Assembly: GCA_965227345.1 (NCBI GenBank)
Contig: OZ245755.1
Span: forward strand, 3,719,293-3,783,292
DNA length: 64,000 nt
Origin: Sphingomonadales bacterium
Lineage (GTDB): Bacteria; Pseudomonadota; Alphaproteobacteria; Sphingomonadales; G965227345
Direction: 5' to 3'
The translations under genes were made by a program, and so were the position numbers. The notes under the pieces are model-generated. The model saw only the letters and a list, made by a program, of their open reading frames with translations. It was not told the origin of the DNA and searched no databases. Below, piece after piece: positions 49,233 through 58,831 of this stretch (position 1 is its first letter; each line of letters starts with the position of its first letter).

Positions 49233-50627
49233 ATGATTAGAATATTCAAACACTATATCCCTCAATCTGTGTTCTTTCTTGGGCTTGCCGAGATTGTCAT
49301 CCTGTTTTTGGCAATTCAGGGTGCTCTTAAGCTGCGATACAATCAGCTTAATCTTGGGTCCATCAAACTGGATGAACACATTGCTGAGGTTTGTGTTTTT
49401 GTTGGCGTCGTTTACGTCGCGATGCTGGCTGTTGGTGTTTATCGGCTGGAAACGTGCCGCGATTTGCGGGTGACCATTTTAAGGCTGGTTATCGCCTTGC
49501 TTGTCAGCTTCATTCTGATGAGTGTGATTTTCTATATTTTTCCTACAATTGACATCTGGCGCAGTGTTTTCACCATTGCCCTGTCGCTGGGGCTTGCGGG
49601 CATTCTGATTGCGCGGATTGTCTTTATCCAGGTCGTTGATATTAGCCGGTTCAAGCGCCGCGTACTGGTTCTTGGTGCCTCAAGACGTGCGGCACGAATT
49701 GAAAATTTGTCGAATGAGAGTGCGGGGCAGAATTTTACCTGCGTGGGCTTCGTCGCCATGGGGCGGGCGCCGGTGGCGGTTGGTGCTGCCGAAAAGTGCT
49801 TTGATTATGAAGAAGGCAAGTTGCAAGAGTTGTGCGAGCGTCTCAGGGTGGACGAAATTGTTGTCGCGATAGAAGAGCGCAGGGGTACCTTGCCGGTTAG
49901 TGATTTGCTTGATGCCAAAATCAGCGGCATCAAGGTACTGGACAGTACAACCTTTCTGGAGAGAGAGACCGGTGTTGTGGATCTTGACTCTGTCAATCCG
50001 AGCTGGCTCATATTTTCAGACGGATTTGGTCAGGGCGGGCAGATTGATCTTATGTTCAAGCGCCTTTTTGATATATTCGTCAGTGTTCTGATTCTTTTGT
50101 TAACAGCGCCGATTCTGATCTTTGCAGCTATCGCCGTTAAAGTGACCAGCCCTGGCCCTGTTTTTTATATGCAAGATCGCGTGGGCTTTAACGGGCGCGT
50201 TTTTTCGGTCATGAAATTTCGCAGCATGCGGAATGACGCCGAGAAGGACGGGCCGGTCTGGGCACAGCAGGGTGACGCGCGTGTAACACCCGTGGGGCGA
50301 TTTATCCGGGCGACCAGAATTGATGAGATACCGCAGATTTTTAATGTCTTAATGGGCCATATGAGTTTTGTTGGTCCGCGGCCCGAAAGACCGTTTTTTG
50401 TGGAATCCCTGGAGGCTGATATTAATTTTTATCAGGAACGCCACAGAGTGAAGCCTGGAATTACTGGCTGGGCCCAGATTAATTACCCCTATGGTGCCTC
50501 GGTTGAAGATTCCCGACGCAAACTTCAATATGACCTGTATTATATCAAGAATTATTCGGTATTTCTGGACTTTCTCATCCTTGTGCAAACTGTCAGGGTG
50601 ATTATCTGGCCGGATGGTGTGCGATAA
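49233..50627 (+). CDS. polyprenyl glycosylphosphotransferase (EpsB-type sugar transferase, PEP-CTERM system-associated)
   Basis: Start MIRIFKHY (atg at 49233). Four or five N-terminal TM helices and a C-terminal bacterial sugar-transferase domain (KRLFDIFVS...SPGPVFYMQDRVG...KFRSM...DEIPQIFNVLMGHMSFVGPRP). Confidence 0.85.
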   Translation: MIRIFKHYIPQSVFFLGLAEIVILFLAIQGALKLRYNQLNLGSIKLDEHIAEVCVFVGVVYVAMLAVGVYRLETCRDLRVTILRLVIALLVSFILMSVIFYIFPTIDIWRSVFTIALSLGLAGILIARIVFIQVVDISRFKRRVLVLGASRRAARIENLSNESAGQNFTCVGFVAMGRAPVAVGAAEKCFDYEEGKLQELCERLRVDEIVVAIEERRGTLPVSDLLDAKISGIKVLDSTTFLERETGVVDLDSVNPSWLIFSDGFGQGGQIDLMFKRLFDIFVSVLILLLTAPILIFAAIAVKVTSPGPVFYMQDRVGFNGRVFSVMKFRSMRNDAEKDGPVWAQQGDARVTPVGRFIRATRIDEIPQIFNVLMGHMSFVGPRPERPFFVESLEADINFYQERHRVKPGITGWAQINYPYGASVEDSRRKLQYDLYYIKNYSVFLDFLILVQTVRVIIWPDGVR

Positions 50628-50697
50628 CCTGTTTTAAATCAGGAGGACCGGGACCATCGAAATTGCTGTTGGCTCCATAACTTATAGTATTGCCGCA

Positions 50698-52779
50698 TTG
50701 GCATATCTGGCGTTGGGCGCTCTGCTGATTGCCAGCTGGAAAAAAAGCGGGCCAGGAACCTGGCTGATCGTGGCGGCATTTTGCACGTTTGTCTGGGCAC
50801 TGGTCAATACGGTGGCTTTTTTGTGGCCAGGGCTTTCCAGAATACTGGGGCCTTTTGCTGAAACACTGCGATATGCAGGATGGATTATTTTTCTGTCCAG
50901 CCTTCTGGCGCAATACTGGAGAACCGTCGATAAACATGCCCAAAGCCGCGGTATTATTATTGCGGTCATAGCAGGGTGTGTCTTTGCCTTCAGTATGGAC
51001 CTTCTGCTGGTTCTTGAGAATTTGAACATTCTTGAGCCTTACGCGATTGTCCCGCAGATAATATTACTGGAGCGGATGGCGCTGGCTGTTGCCGGCGCGT
51101 TTCTTGTGGATAATTTATACAGAAATACAGCGCTGCATAATCGCTGGAGCATCAGACTGTTGTGTTTGGGTCTGGGTGGCATTTTTGTTTTTGATTTCCT
51201 GTTTTATGCCGATGCGGTTTTGTCCAAGAGCTTTAGTGGAGCTCTTTACGAGGCGCGCGGGGCCGTGAATGCGCTGGTTGTGCCGCTGGTTGCTGTCTCT
51301 GCGGCCCGCAATCCCGGCTGGTCGCTGGATGTTTTTGTGTCGCGGGGTGTGGTTCTGCATTCGGCATCGCTGATCGGCAGCGGTGTTTATCTTGTGGTCA
51401 TGGGTGTAGCAGGCTTTTACCTGCGCGATATGGGAGGGCGCTGGGGCGTCCTGTTGCAGGTCAGTTTCTGGTTTGGCGCCTTGATGTTGTTGTTTGTCAC
51501 CATCTTTTCGGGCCAGTTCAGGGCTCAGCTCCGGGTGATGGTGAACAAGCATTTCTTCAATTATAAATATGATTACAGGGAAGAATGGCTGCGGTTCATT
51601 CAGACTGTATCGTCAAGCGATTATGCAGAAGGGTTGCGCGAACGTGTAATCAAGGCCATGGCTGATATTGTCGATAGTCCCGGGGGTGCCCTGTGGATGA
51701 CAGAGGAACCGAACTGGTTTAGTCAGATTGCCGTCTGGAATTTACGTTCCAACATCAATGGTGTCGAACCCCGGTCCAGTGATTTTTGTAAATTTCTCGA
51801 GGATAGACACTGGATTATTGATCTGGATGATGTGGACCCTGAAACCGGTGTGTTTGAAGGGGCGCATGTACCACAGTGGCTGCGGGATGATCCTCGCGCC
51901 TGGTTGATCGTGCCCCTTATTCATCATGGACAATTAAGTGGCTTCATTATGCTGGAGCGGCCAAGAGCGGTTAAAGAACTTAACTGGGAAGATTTTGACC
52001 TGTTTAAAACTCTGGGTATTCAGGTGGCCAGCTATCTTGCGGAACAGGATAATGAGAAGGCGCTGGCGGAGGCTCGGCAATTCGAGGCCTTTAACCAGAG
52101 ATTTGCGTTTATCATGCATGATATTAAAAATCTGGTCAGTCAGTTGTCGCTGCTGGCGAGCAATGCAGACAAGCATGCGGGCAACCCTGAGTTTCAAAAG
52201 GATATGGTGCTTACCGTCAAGGAATCGGTGGGCCGGATGAACCAGTTGCTGACCAAACTTAATACTATGAGTGAGACAACAGCCACCCGCAAGGAAGTTT
52301 TGGAAGTCACAGGTTTGCTGAACGGGTTGCTGGTTCGGCTTGCAAAAGGAACAGACAAACTTAATTTTGAGATACCGGAAGGAAAAATTAACGTGCAGGC
52401 TGATACTGTACAGCTTGAAACCGTTTTTTCTCATGTCATTTCAAATGCACTGGAGGCTGTTTCAGATATTGGCCGTGTAACAGTCAGCTTGTCATCTGAA
52501 AATGATAATGTTTCTATCAGGGTCGAGGATAACGGGCCGGGAATGAGTCGGGAGTTTATTCGGGATGAACTTTTCAAGCCGTTCAAGTCTACCAAGGAGA
52601 CGGGCTATGGCATTGGGGCCTACGAAAGCAGGCAGCTGATCCGGAACTTTGGGGGGCATCTGGGTGTGGAAAGTATTGAGGGCAAGGGAACAACGGTTAC
52701 GATAAAGTTGCCAGTATGGATAGAACCCGCCCAGGAATTGCAGCAGGGGAGTGCTATCCCCGAAAGTGTAAAGAGTTAG
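50698..52779 (+). CDS. prsK: PEP-CTERM system histidine kinase (PrsK-like)
   Basis: About 690 aa. Multi-TM N-terminal half, a GAF-like segment, H-box FIMHDIKNLV and an ATPase domain (DNGPGM...GYGIGAYESR). The frame is open upstream to 50638 behind an AGGAGG at 50641-50646, so the N-terminus may be longer. Confidence 0.8.
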   Translation: MAYLALGALLIASWKKSGPGTWLIVAAFCTFVWALVNTVAFLWPGLSRILGPFAETLRYAGWIIFLSSLLAQYWRTVDKHAQSRGIIIAVIAGCVFAFSMDLLLVLENLNILEPYAIVPQIILLERMALAVAGAFLVDNLYRNTALHNRWSIRLLCLGLGGIFVFDFLFYADAVLSKSFSGALYEARGAVNALVVPLVAVSAARNPGWSLDVFVSRGVVLHSASLIGSGVYLVVMGVAGFYLRDMGGRWGVLLQVSFWFGALMLLFVTIFSGQFRAQLRVMVNKHFFNYKYDYREEWLRFIQTVSSSDYAEGLRERVIKAMADIVDSPGGALWMTEEPNWFSQIAVWNLRSNINGVEPRSSDFCKFLEDRHWIIDLDDVDPETGVFEGAHVPQWLRDDPRAWLIVPLIHHGQLSGFIMLERPRAVKELNWEDFDLFKTLGIQVASYLAEQDNEKALAEARQFEAFNQRFAFIMHDIKNLVSQLSLLASNADKHAGNPEFQKDMVLTVKESVGRMNQLLTKLNTMSETTATRKEVLEVTGLLNGLLVRLAKGTDKLNFEIPEGKINVQADTVQLETVFSHVISNALEAVSDIGRVTVSLSSENDNVSIRVEDNGPGMSREFIRDELFKPFKSTKETGYGIGAYESRQLIRNFGGHLGVESIEGKGTTVTIKLPVWIEPAQELQQGSAIPESVKS

Positions 52780-52792
52780 ACAGGTCAGGAAT

Positions 52793-54148
52793 ATGGCAGA
52801 AGAGAAAGAAAAATTATTGATTGTCGAAGATGATCCCGGTCTTCAGCGGCAGTATCGCTGGAATTTTGGTGATTATGATGTCCTTCTTGCCGGGGACGCA
52901 AAAGAAGCGATCACGTTGTTGCGGGCCAATTCGCCCAAGGTGGTGACTTTGGATTTGGGATTGCCGCCAGATCCTGACGGCACGACGGAAGGCTTCGCTG
53001 TTCTGGAAGAAATATTACGGCTTTCTCCGACGACAAAAGTCATTATGGCATCCGGGCATGGCGCGCGCGAAAGCGCATTGCAGGCGATTGCCATGGGGGC
53101 TTATGACTTCTATCAGAAGCCTGTTGATTCTGATGAATTGGGACTCATTGTGCGCCGGGCATTTCATGTTCAGGCGCTGGAGGAAGAAAACAGGGTATTG
53201 CAGAGTCAGGGGCAAAAAACACCGTTGACCGGCCTGATCACCGGTTCGCCGGAGATGATCAAGATTTGCCAGATGATTGAACGTGTTGCGCCGACCAGTG
53301 TTGGTGTGATGCTGCTGGGGGCCAGCGGTACGGGCAAGGAATTGCTGGCGCGTGGTCTTCATGAAATGAGTGCGCGCAAGAACAAGCCGTTTGTTGCTAT
53401 TAACTGTGCCGCTATTCCGGAAAATTTGCTGGAAAGTGAATTATTCGGGCATGAAAAAGGTGCGTTCACCGGGGCGATCAAGCAAACGCAGGGCAAGATT
53501 GAGCTGGCAGAAGAAGGCACGCTTTTTCTCGACGAAATTGGCGATATTCCTTTTCCGCTTCAGGTGAAGTTGCTGCGTTTTCTGCAAGAACGAGTCATAG
53601 AGCGCATTGGCGGCCGCAAGGAAATTCCTGTTGATGTGCGCATCGTATGCGCGACCCATCAAAATTTGGAGCGGCTTATTGCCGAGGGAGGTTTTCGGGA
53701 GGATCTGTTCTACAGGTTGAGCGAAATCTCGATTGATATTCCGCCATTGAAAGATCGCAAGGGTGACCCGGCTTTGCTGGCACACAGTTTTCTGGCAAAA
53801 TTCAATAAAGAGCACAAGCGCAACGTCAAGGGCTATTCTCCTGATGCCCTGTCGGCGTTGGCGGCGCACGAGTGGCCGGGAAATGTTCGCGAACTTGAAA
53901 ATAAAATAAAACGCGCTGTCATTATGGCCGAAGGTCAAAGAATTACCGCCGCTGATCTGGGGCTTGGTGACGGGGGCGAAACTTCTGCTATACTGAACCT
54001 TAAACAGGCGCGTGAAGAAGCGGACAGAAAGGCTTTGCAAACAGCTATTGCAACATCGGATGGCAATATATCTCAGGCGGCCAAAATACTGGGTGTGAGC
54101 CGCCCCACGCTTTATGATTTGATGAAACAATATAATATTAATGTGTAA
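52793..54148 (+). CDS. prsR: PEP-CTERM-box sigma-54-dependent response regulator (PrsR-like)
   Basis: 451 aa. Receiver ([10 protein letters not shown]...DLGLPPD), AAA+ ([25 protein letters not shown]) and HTH ([10 protein letters not shown]). Confidence 0.85.
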   Translation: MAEEKEKLLIVEDDPGLQRQYRWNFGDYDVLLAGDAKEAITLLRANSPKVVTLDLGLPPDPDGTTEGFAVLEEILRLSPTTKVIMASGHGARESALQAIAMGAYDFYQKPVDSDELGLIVRRAFHVQALEEENRVLQSQGQKTPLTGLITGSPEMIKICQMIERVAPTSVGVMLLGASGTGKELLARGLHEMSARKNKPFVAINCAAIPENLLESELFGHEKGAFTGAIKQTQGKIELAEEGTLFLDEIGDIPFPLQVKLLRFLQERVIERIGGRKEIPVDVRIVCATHQNLERLIAEGGFREDLFYRLSEISIDIPPLKDRKGDPALLAHSFLAKFNKEHKRNVKGYSPDALSALAAHEWPGNVRELENKIKRAVIMAEGQRITAADLGLGDGGETSAILNLKQAREEADRKALQTAIATSDGNISQAAKILGVSRPTLYDLMKQYNINV

Positions 54149-54222
54149 ACATTAAAGTGTAATTGAAATTGAGTGCCGGATCGGTCCGGCATTGCAAAAT
54201 GGGCAAACAAGGGATTTTTCAT

Positions 54223-57075
54223 ATGAAACAGAAACTGACAACAAGCGCCAAGGTGTTTTCCTCCCTCGCTGTGCTGGCGATGCTTTCCGGGCCAGCCCTG
54301 TCGCCGACACTTGTTCTGGCAAAATCTGCTTCTGAAAAGTCAGTGGGTTTTGTCGAAAAGGCGAAAGAGCATTTTGACAAGGGCGACTGGCGGTCTGCGT
54401 CGATTGAGCTCAAAAATGCCCTGCAGGCCGATGCCGACAATGTCGATGCACGTATTCTGCTGGGCGATGTTTATCTGAAGACGTATAACGGCCCTTCAGC
54501 GGAAAAAGAATTCCGGGCGGCAATGAAGCGAGGTGCCGGCAAGAAAGAAATGCTCATTCGCCTGGGCCAGGCATATGAACTGCAGCGCAAGTACAACGAA
54601 ATTCTGTCGGAAATTAAACCTGAAGCTGTTGCTGAAGAAGACACAGGGCAGGCCTTGCTTCTGCGGGGCAATGCATATCTGGGTCTGAAAGATGTGGATA
54701 ATGCTGTTGCCTCCTATCGTGAGGCGCAGGAGAAATCACCCGAGAATCCGGATGTTTATTCCGGGCTTGCCCGGGTATATCTGTTGAAGCGTGAACAGGA
54801 TCAGGCTCTTGAAGCTGTAGACAAGGCCCTGAAGCTTGACCCCGGAAATCTGGATGCTCTTATGATCAGGGCAGAAGTCAGTCGTGTTAAATCAGACTTT
54901 GATGAAGCGCTGACCTATCTTTCTGCAGCTGTTGATGTCAGTCCCGATTATATGCCAGCCCTGTTGGGGCGGGCATCGGTTCTGGTGGAATTGGCCCGTG
55001 ACGAAGAAGCAAAAGCTGACATCGACCGGATTTTCAAACTTTCGCCTGACTATCCGATGGGTCATTATCTGAACGCCCGGATAAAATGGCGCGCCAGAGA
55101 TGTTGAAGGCGCTTCCGAAGCTCTTCAGAAAACCGGACAGAATCTTGATAATTTCCTGCCGGCCATTTTTCTGAAGGGGCTGGTTAATTTTGCCCAAAAT
55201 AATGAGGAACAGGCGGCTTTTCATCTTTCACGCGTAATTGAATATGCGCCTAATCACATTGGTGCACGTCGGGTTCTGGGAATGACATTATTGCGCCAGA
55301 ATGAACCCAGCAAGGCAATACGTACCCTGCAGCCAATTGTGGATAGCGGCTTAAAAGACGGCAAGGTCTTTTCAATGATGGGCTATGCTTATATGAAACT
55401 TGGTGAACTGGATCAGGGCGCCAGGTATTTCGATATGGCCGTAGAGGCAGATCCGGAAGAAAGTTCCAACAAAACCCGCCAGGCTGTAAGCAAGATGGCG
55501 CTGGGTGAGTTTGACACCGCAATTGATACGCTGGAGGGTGTTGTTAAGGATGACCCGGAATCATTGCAGGCCGCGATCATTCTAAGTCTGGCAGAGTTGA
55601 AGCGCGGTGATCTGGATAGCGCCCTGACATCCGTGCAGGCCTTGAAGAAAAAATTTCCGGATAGCGCGTCTGGCCCGTATATCGAGGGCGAAATTTATAT
55701 GCGGAAGAAAGACCTTCCTGCAGCGCGCAAGGCATTCGAGCAGGCGCAAAAGCTGAACACGGAAGCTGACTCTGCAACCATGAAGCTTGCTGCAATTGAT
55801 ATTGCAGAAGATAAGATCGCCCAGGCCCGCGAGAAATATAATGAAATTCTTGCCAAAAAGCCTGACCATGTTCCGGCGATGATGAATATGGCACGACTTG
55901 CGCGGGCTGAAGGGGATGACAAGGCATTTGTATCCTGGCTTGAAAAGGCTTCAGCTGCTGCGCCTGACAATATGACACCTGGCCTGGCCCTCGTAGAGAT
56001 ATACACATCACAGAGAGAGTTTGAGAAGGCTCTTGGTCTTGCCAATAGCCTGACGCAACAACATCCTGATAAACCCATCGCTTTTGAAGCACTGGGGAAA
56101 GTGCAGGCGGCAAAAGGGGATGCAGCAGCAGCCCTGGCGACTTTTGAGCGAATGGTGAGTATGGATACAAGCAATCCGGCGGCCTATCATCTGTTATCGC
56201 GGACGGAAATGGTTGCAGGCGAGAAATTTGCGGCATCAGAATCTCTCCACAAGGCTCTTGAAATTGCTGCCCCGGCCAAATCCTTGCAGGACGATGCGGG
56301 GCGCCTGGGTACACCATTGACCTTGCTGCTGGATTTGATTGACCTGAGACTCAGCAGTGGAGAAAGCAAGGAAGCGCTGGATGCCGTCAAGGAACTGGAG
56401 AAGAGATATCCCGAGGCACCTGTTGGTGATATTGCCCGGGGCAATATTTATCTTGCGGATGGCAAGGCGGATGAGGCTGTCGCCCAGTTCGAGAAAGCAA
56501 CAGAAAAAGGCGCTTCCAACGCAGCGCTATCCATTAATTTCTATCGTGCCTACAAGGCGCAGGGAAACAAGGCCAAGGGTGTAAAGGTCCTGGAAGAATG
56601 GCTGGCATCGAACGAAAACGACCAGATGGTTCAGGGCGTGCTCGCGGCGATTTATCTGGAAGACGGGCAGTATGAAAAGTCAACAGCCCTGTATGAGAAG
56701 CTTACGAAGAGTTCGCCGAATAATCCGGGTTATTTGAATAATCTGGCCTGGCTGTATCAGGAAGCGAAAAATCCCGAGGCGTTGGAAATGGCGCGTCGTG
56801 CCAACCGGCTGGCACCGGAAGCGCCTGAAATCATGGATACATACGGGTGGATATTGTTGCAAAATGGCCAGGACAAAGACGCACTTGAGCAGCTGCGACG
56901 CGCCGCTATCCTGAAACCGGACCTGGCGGAGATTAAATACCATCTGGCTGTCGCCTTGCATAAAAACGGCAAGACTGCAGAAGCAAGACGTGAATTGCAG
57001 GGCCTGTTGAACTCTGGCGCTCAATTCCCGGGCGTGGAAGACGCCCGCAAGCTGATGGACGAAATATCCAAATAA
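54223..57075 (+). CDS. prsT: PEP-CTERM system TPR-repeat protein (PrsT-like), copy 2
   Basis: Start MKQKLTTSAKVF (atg at 54223) with a signal peptide. About 950 aa of TPR repeats. The N-terminal region parallels copy 1 (HFDKGDWRSASIELKNALQADADNVDARILLGDVYL versus FRYQGDLRSAVIELKNALRKDADNGPARFMLGEVYL). Confidence 0.75.
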   Translation: MKQKLTTSAKVFSSLAVLAMLSGPALSPTLVLAKSASEKSVGFVEKAKEHFDKGDWRSASIELKNALQADADNVDARILLGDVYLKTYNGPSAEKEFRAAMKRGAGKKEMLIRLGQAYELQRKYNEILSEIKPEAVAEEDTGQALLLRGNAYLGLKDVDNAVASYREAQEKSPENPDVYSGLARVYLLKREQDQALEAVDKALKLDPGNLDALMIRAEVSRVKSDFDEALTYLSAAVDVSPDYMPALLGRASVLVELARDEEAKADIDRIFKLSPDYPMGHYLNARIKWRARDVEGASEALQKTGQNLDNFLPAIFLKGLVNFAQNNEEQAAFHLSRVIEYAPNHIGARRVLGMTLLRQNEPSKAIRTLQPIVDSGLKDGKVFSMMGYAYMKLGELDQGARYFDMAVEADPEESSNKTRQAVSKMALGEFDTAIDTLEGVVKDDPESLQAAIILSLAELKRGDLDSALTSVQALKKKFPDSASGPYIEGEIYMRKKDLPAARKAFEQAQKLNTEADSATMKLAAIDIAEDKIAQAREKYNEILAKKPDHVPAMMNMARLARAEGDDKAFVSWLEKASAAAPDNMTPGLALVEIYTSQREFEKALGLANSLTQQHPDKPIAFEALGKVQAAKGDAAAALATFERMVSMDTSNPAAYHLLSRTEMVAGEKFAASESLHKALEIAAPAKSLQDDAGRLGTPLTLLLDLIDLRLSSGESKEALDAVKELEKRYPEAPVGDIARGNIYLADGKADEAVAQFEKATEKGASNAALSINFYRAYKAQGNKAKGVKVLEEWLASNENDQMVQGVLAAIYLEDGQYEKSTALYEKLTKSSPNNPGYLNNLAWLYQEAKNPEALEMARRANRLAPEAPEIMDTYGWILLQNGQDKDALEQLRRAAILKPDLAEIKYHLAVALHKNGKTAEARRELQGLLNSGAQFPGVEDARKLMDEISK

Positions 57076-57103
57076 ATTCTGCTCAGATATTACAAGGCAT
57101 AAG

Positions 57104-57140
57104 TGGCCGGGGAAGCATTGCTTCTCCGGCCATTGTTTTT
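57104..57140 (+). terminator. intrinsic terminator after prsT copy 2
   Basis: tggccggggaagc / gcttctccggcca stem followed by ttgttttt. Confidence 0.65.
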
Positions 57141-57253
57141 ATCGTTAGCCGTGATAATCGGCGCCTGATCTGACAAATGATGTCAGCGGGTCTCTAAAGC
57201 CGACGCTTGGAAATAGTTTGCCAATGGGCTAACTATTTATTATAGTTTTCCAT

Positions 57254-57598
57254 ATGGAGAACTATATGACATCCCTTGATGATACTTTTCATGCTTTGGC
57301 AGACCCCACACGGCGTGCGGTAATTGCCCGTCTTATTACGGGTAATGCATCAGTCAAGGAATTGGCCGAACCGTTTTCGATGGGGCTCCCGTCTTTCATG
57401 AAGCACATCAAGGTGCTGGAAGAAAGCGGCCTCATTGCGTCTGAAAAAGTCGGGCGGGTACGTACCTGTCGACTGGAGACAAAGCAGCTTGCCGCGACCG
57501 AAGACTGGTTAAGCAAACACCGGACGCTCTGGGAAAACAGAGCAGACAGGCTTGCCAGGTACGTCGAAACCCTTGCTTGTGAGGAAAAAACTGAATGA
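57254..57598 (+). CDS. ArsR/SmtB family transcriptional regulator
   Basis: 114 aa. FHALADPTRRAVIARL and a winged-HTH layout. Confidence 0.85.
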   Translation: MENYMTSLDDTFHALADPTRRAVIARLITGNASVKELAEPFSMGLPSFMKHIKVLEESGLIASEKVGRVRTCRLETKQLAATEDWLSKHRTLWENRADRLARYVETLACEEKTE

Positions 57599-58062
57599 AA
57601 AATGACAAGGACCTTACCGTGTCGCGTATCATCAAGGCCCCGCGTCCTGCAGTTTGGAAAGCGTGGAAAGACCCTGCGCATTTCGTAAAATGGTGGGCCC
57701 CTGCACCCGTGGTTACGATTTCCAACAAGCACGAACTTTATGCCGGTGGTGGCTTCAATACGACCATGACACTTGAAGATGGCACAGTTATGGAGGGCGG
57801 CGAAGGTTGCTTTCTCGAGGTGATTGAGAATGTACGCATTGTTTTTACAGATGCGCTGCAAGGCGGCTGGCGTCCGAATGAAGAATCATTTTTCTCGGCC
57901 ATTATCACCCTGGAGGAACACCCTGAAGGGACGCTTTATACGGCCACGGCATTGCACAAGAACGAAAAAGATCGGCAGAAACATGCGGATATGGGCTTTC
58001 TCGATGGCTGGGGCACAGCGATCGAACAACTTGCAAAGATCGCAGAGGAGTTCGCAAAATGA
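57595..58062 (+). CDS. SRPBCC (AHSA1-like) domain protein
   Basis: 155 aa. Overlaps the arsR stop (ATGA). RIIKAPRPAVWKAWKDPAHFVKWW is typical of the AHSA1/SRPBCC N-terminus. Confidence 0.8.
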   Translation: MKNDKDLTVSRIIKAPRPAVWKAWKDPAHFVKWWAPAPVVTISNKHELYAGGGFNTTMTLEDGTVMEGGEGCFLEVIENVRIVFTDALQGGWRPNEESFFSAIITLEEHPEGTLYTATALHKNEKDRQKHADMGFLDGWGTAIEQLAKIAEEFAK

Positions 58063-58553
58063 ATGAAGTGAGCAAAAATGTCGAATCCGCATGGGTCTCG
58101 TGGCCGATAGACCGAGAAATCGTAATTGCGCGAGTCGTAGATGCACCTCAGGAAGTCGTATTCCGCGCCTGGACTGATGCATCACAAATTGTGCAGTGGT
58201 TTGGCCCCGAAGGGATGTCAATCGAGACTCACGAAATCGACATTAGAGTTGGGGGTGTCTGGAGATTCGATATGATCTCAGCCGAAGGGACACGTTACAG
58301 AAATCGTATGGAGTTTCTCCGAATTGAGCATCCGGCTCTACTTGAAGTCGTTCACGGCAGCAATGTCGTCGACGACCCTTGCAAGTTTCGTATGCTCGTT
58401 ACTTTCGATGAGCAGAGCAATGGCAAGACCGTCGTCACGCTACGCCAAATGCATCCGTCGAAGGCTCATCGCGATAACGCAATTGATTTTGGGGCCGTGG
58501 AGTATGGCGCACAGACTATGAACAAGCTGGCTGCATACATATCCGCATCCTGA
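58059..58553 (+). CDS. SRPBCC (AHSA1-like) domain protein, paralog
   Basis: 164 aa. Overlaps the upstream stop. RVVDAPQEVVFRAWTDASQIVQWFGPEG. Confidence 0.8.
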   Translation: MNEVSKNVESAWVSWPIDREIVIARVVDAPQEVVFRAWTDASQIVQWFGPEGMSIETHEIDIRVGGVWRFDMISAEGTRYRNRMEFLRIEHPALLEVVHGSNVVDDPCKFRMLVTFDEQSNGKTVVTLRQMHPSKAHRDNAIDFGAVEYGAQTMNKLAAYISAS

Positions 58554-58831
58554 GTTCCATGACTGGCTGTAAGTTTGGGCTTTTGCATCGTGCCTCAGTC
58601 TGGTCAGTCAGAGCCATCAAAACCACGTTTTTGAAGGAGCTTCAAACGTCCGCTTTCGAGTGTACGTTCGACCCAGTGCTGACACTATCCGTCAGATCAG
58701 GCTCGTGAATATTACATTTTATCACTTGAAGGGATTGCGCGGGCATTTGGGGGTGAAACGACTGTTTGTCTGACAGCATAGCGTTTTTTGCTCTATGCAG
58801 CTCTATAGGAATGTGGGTCTATACCTACGGG

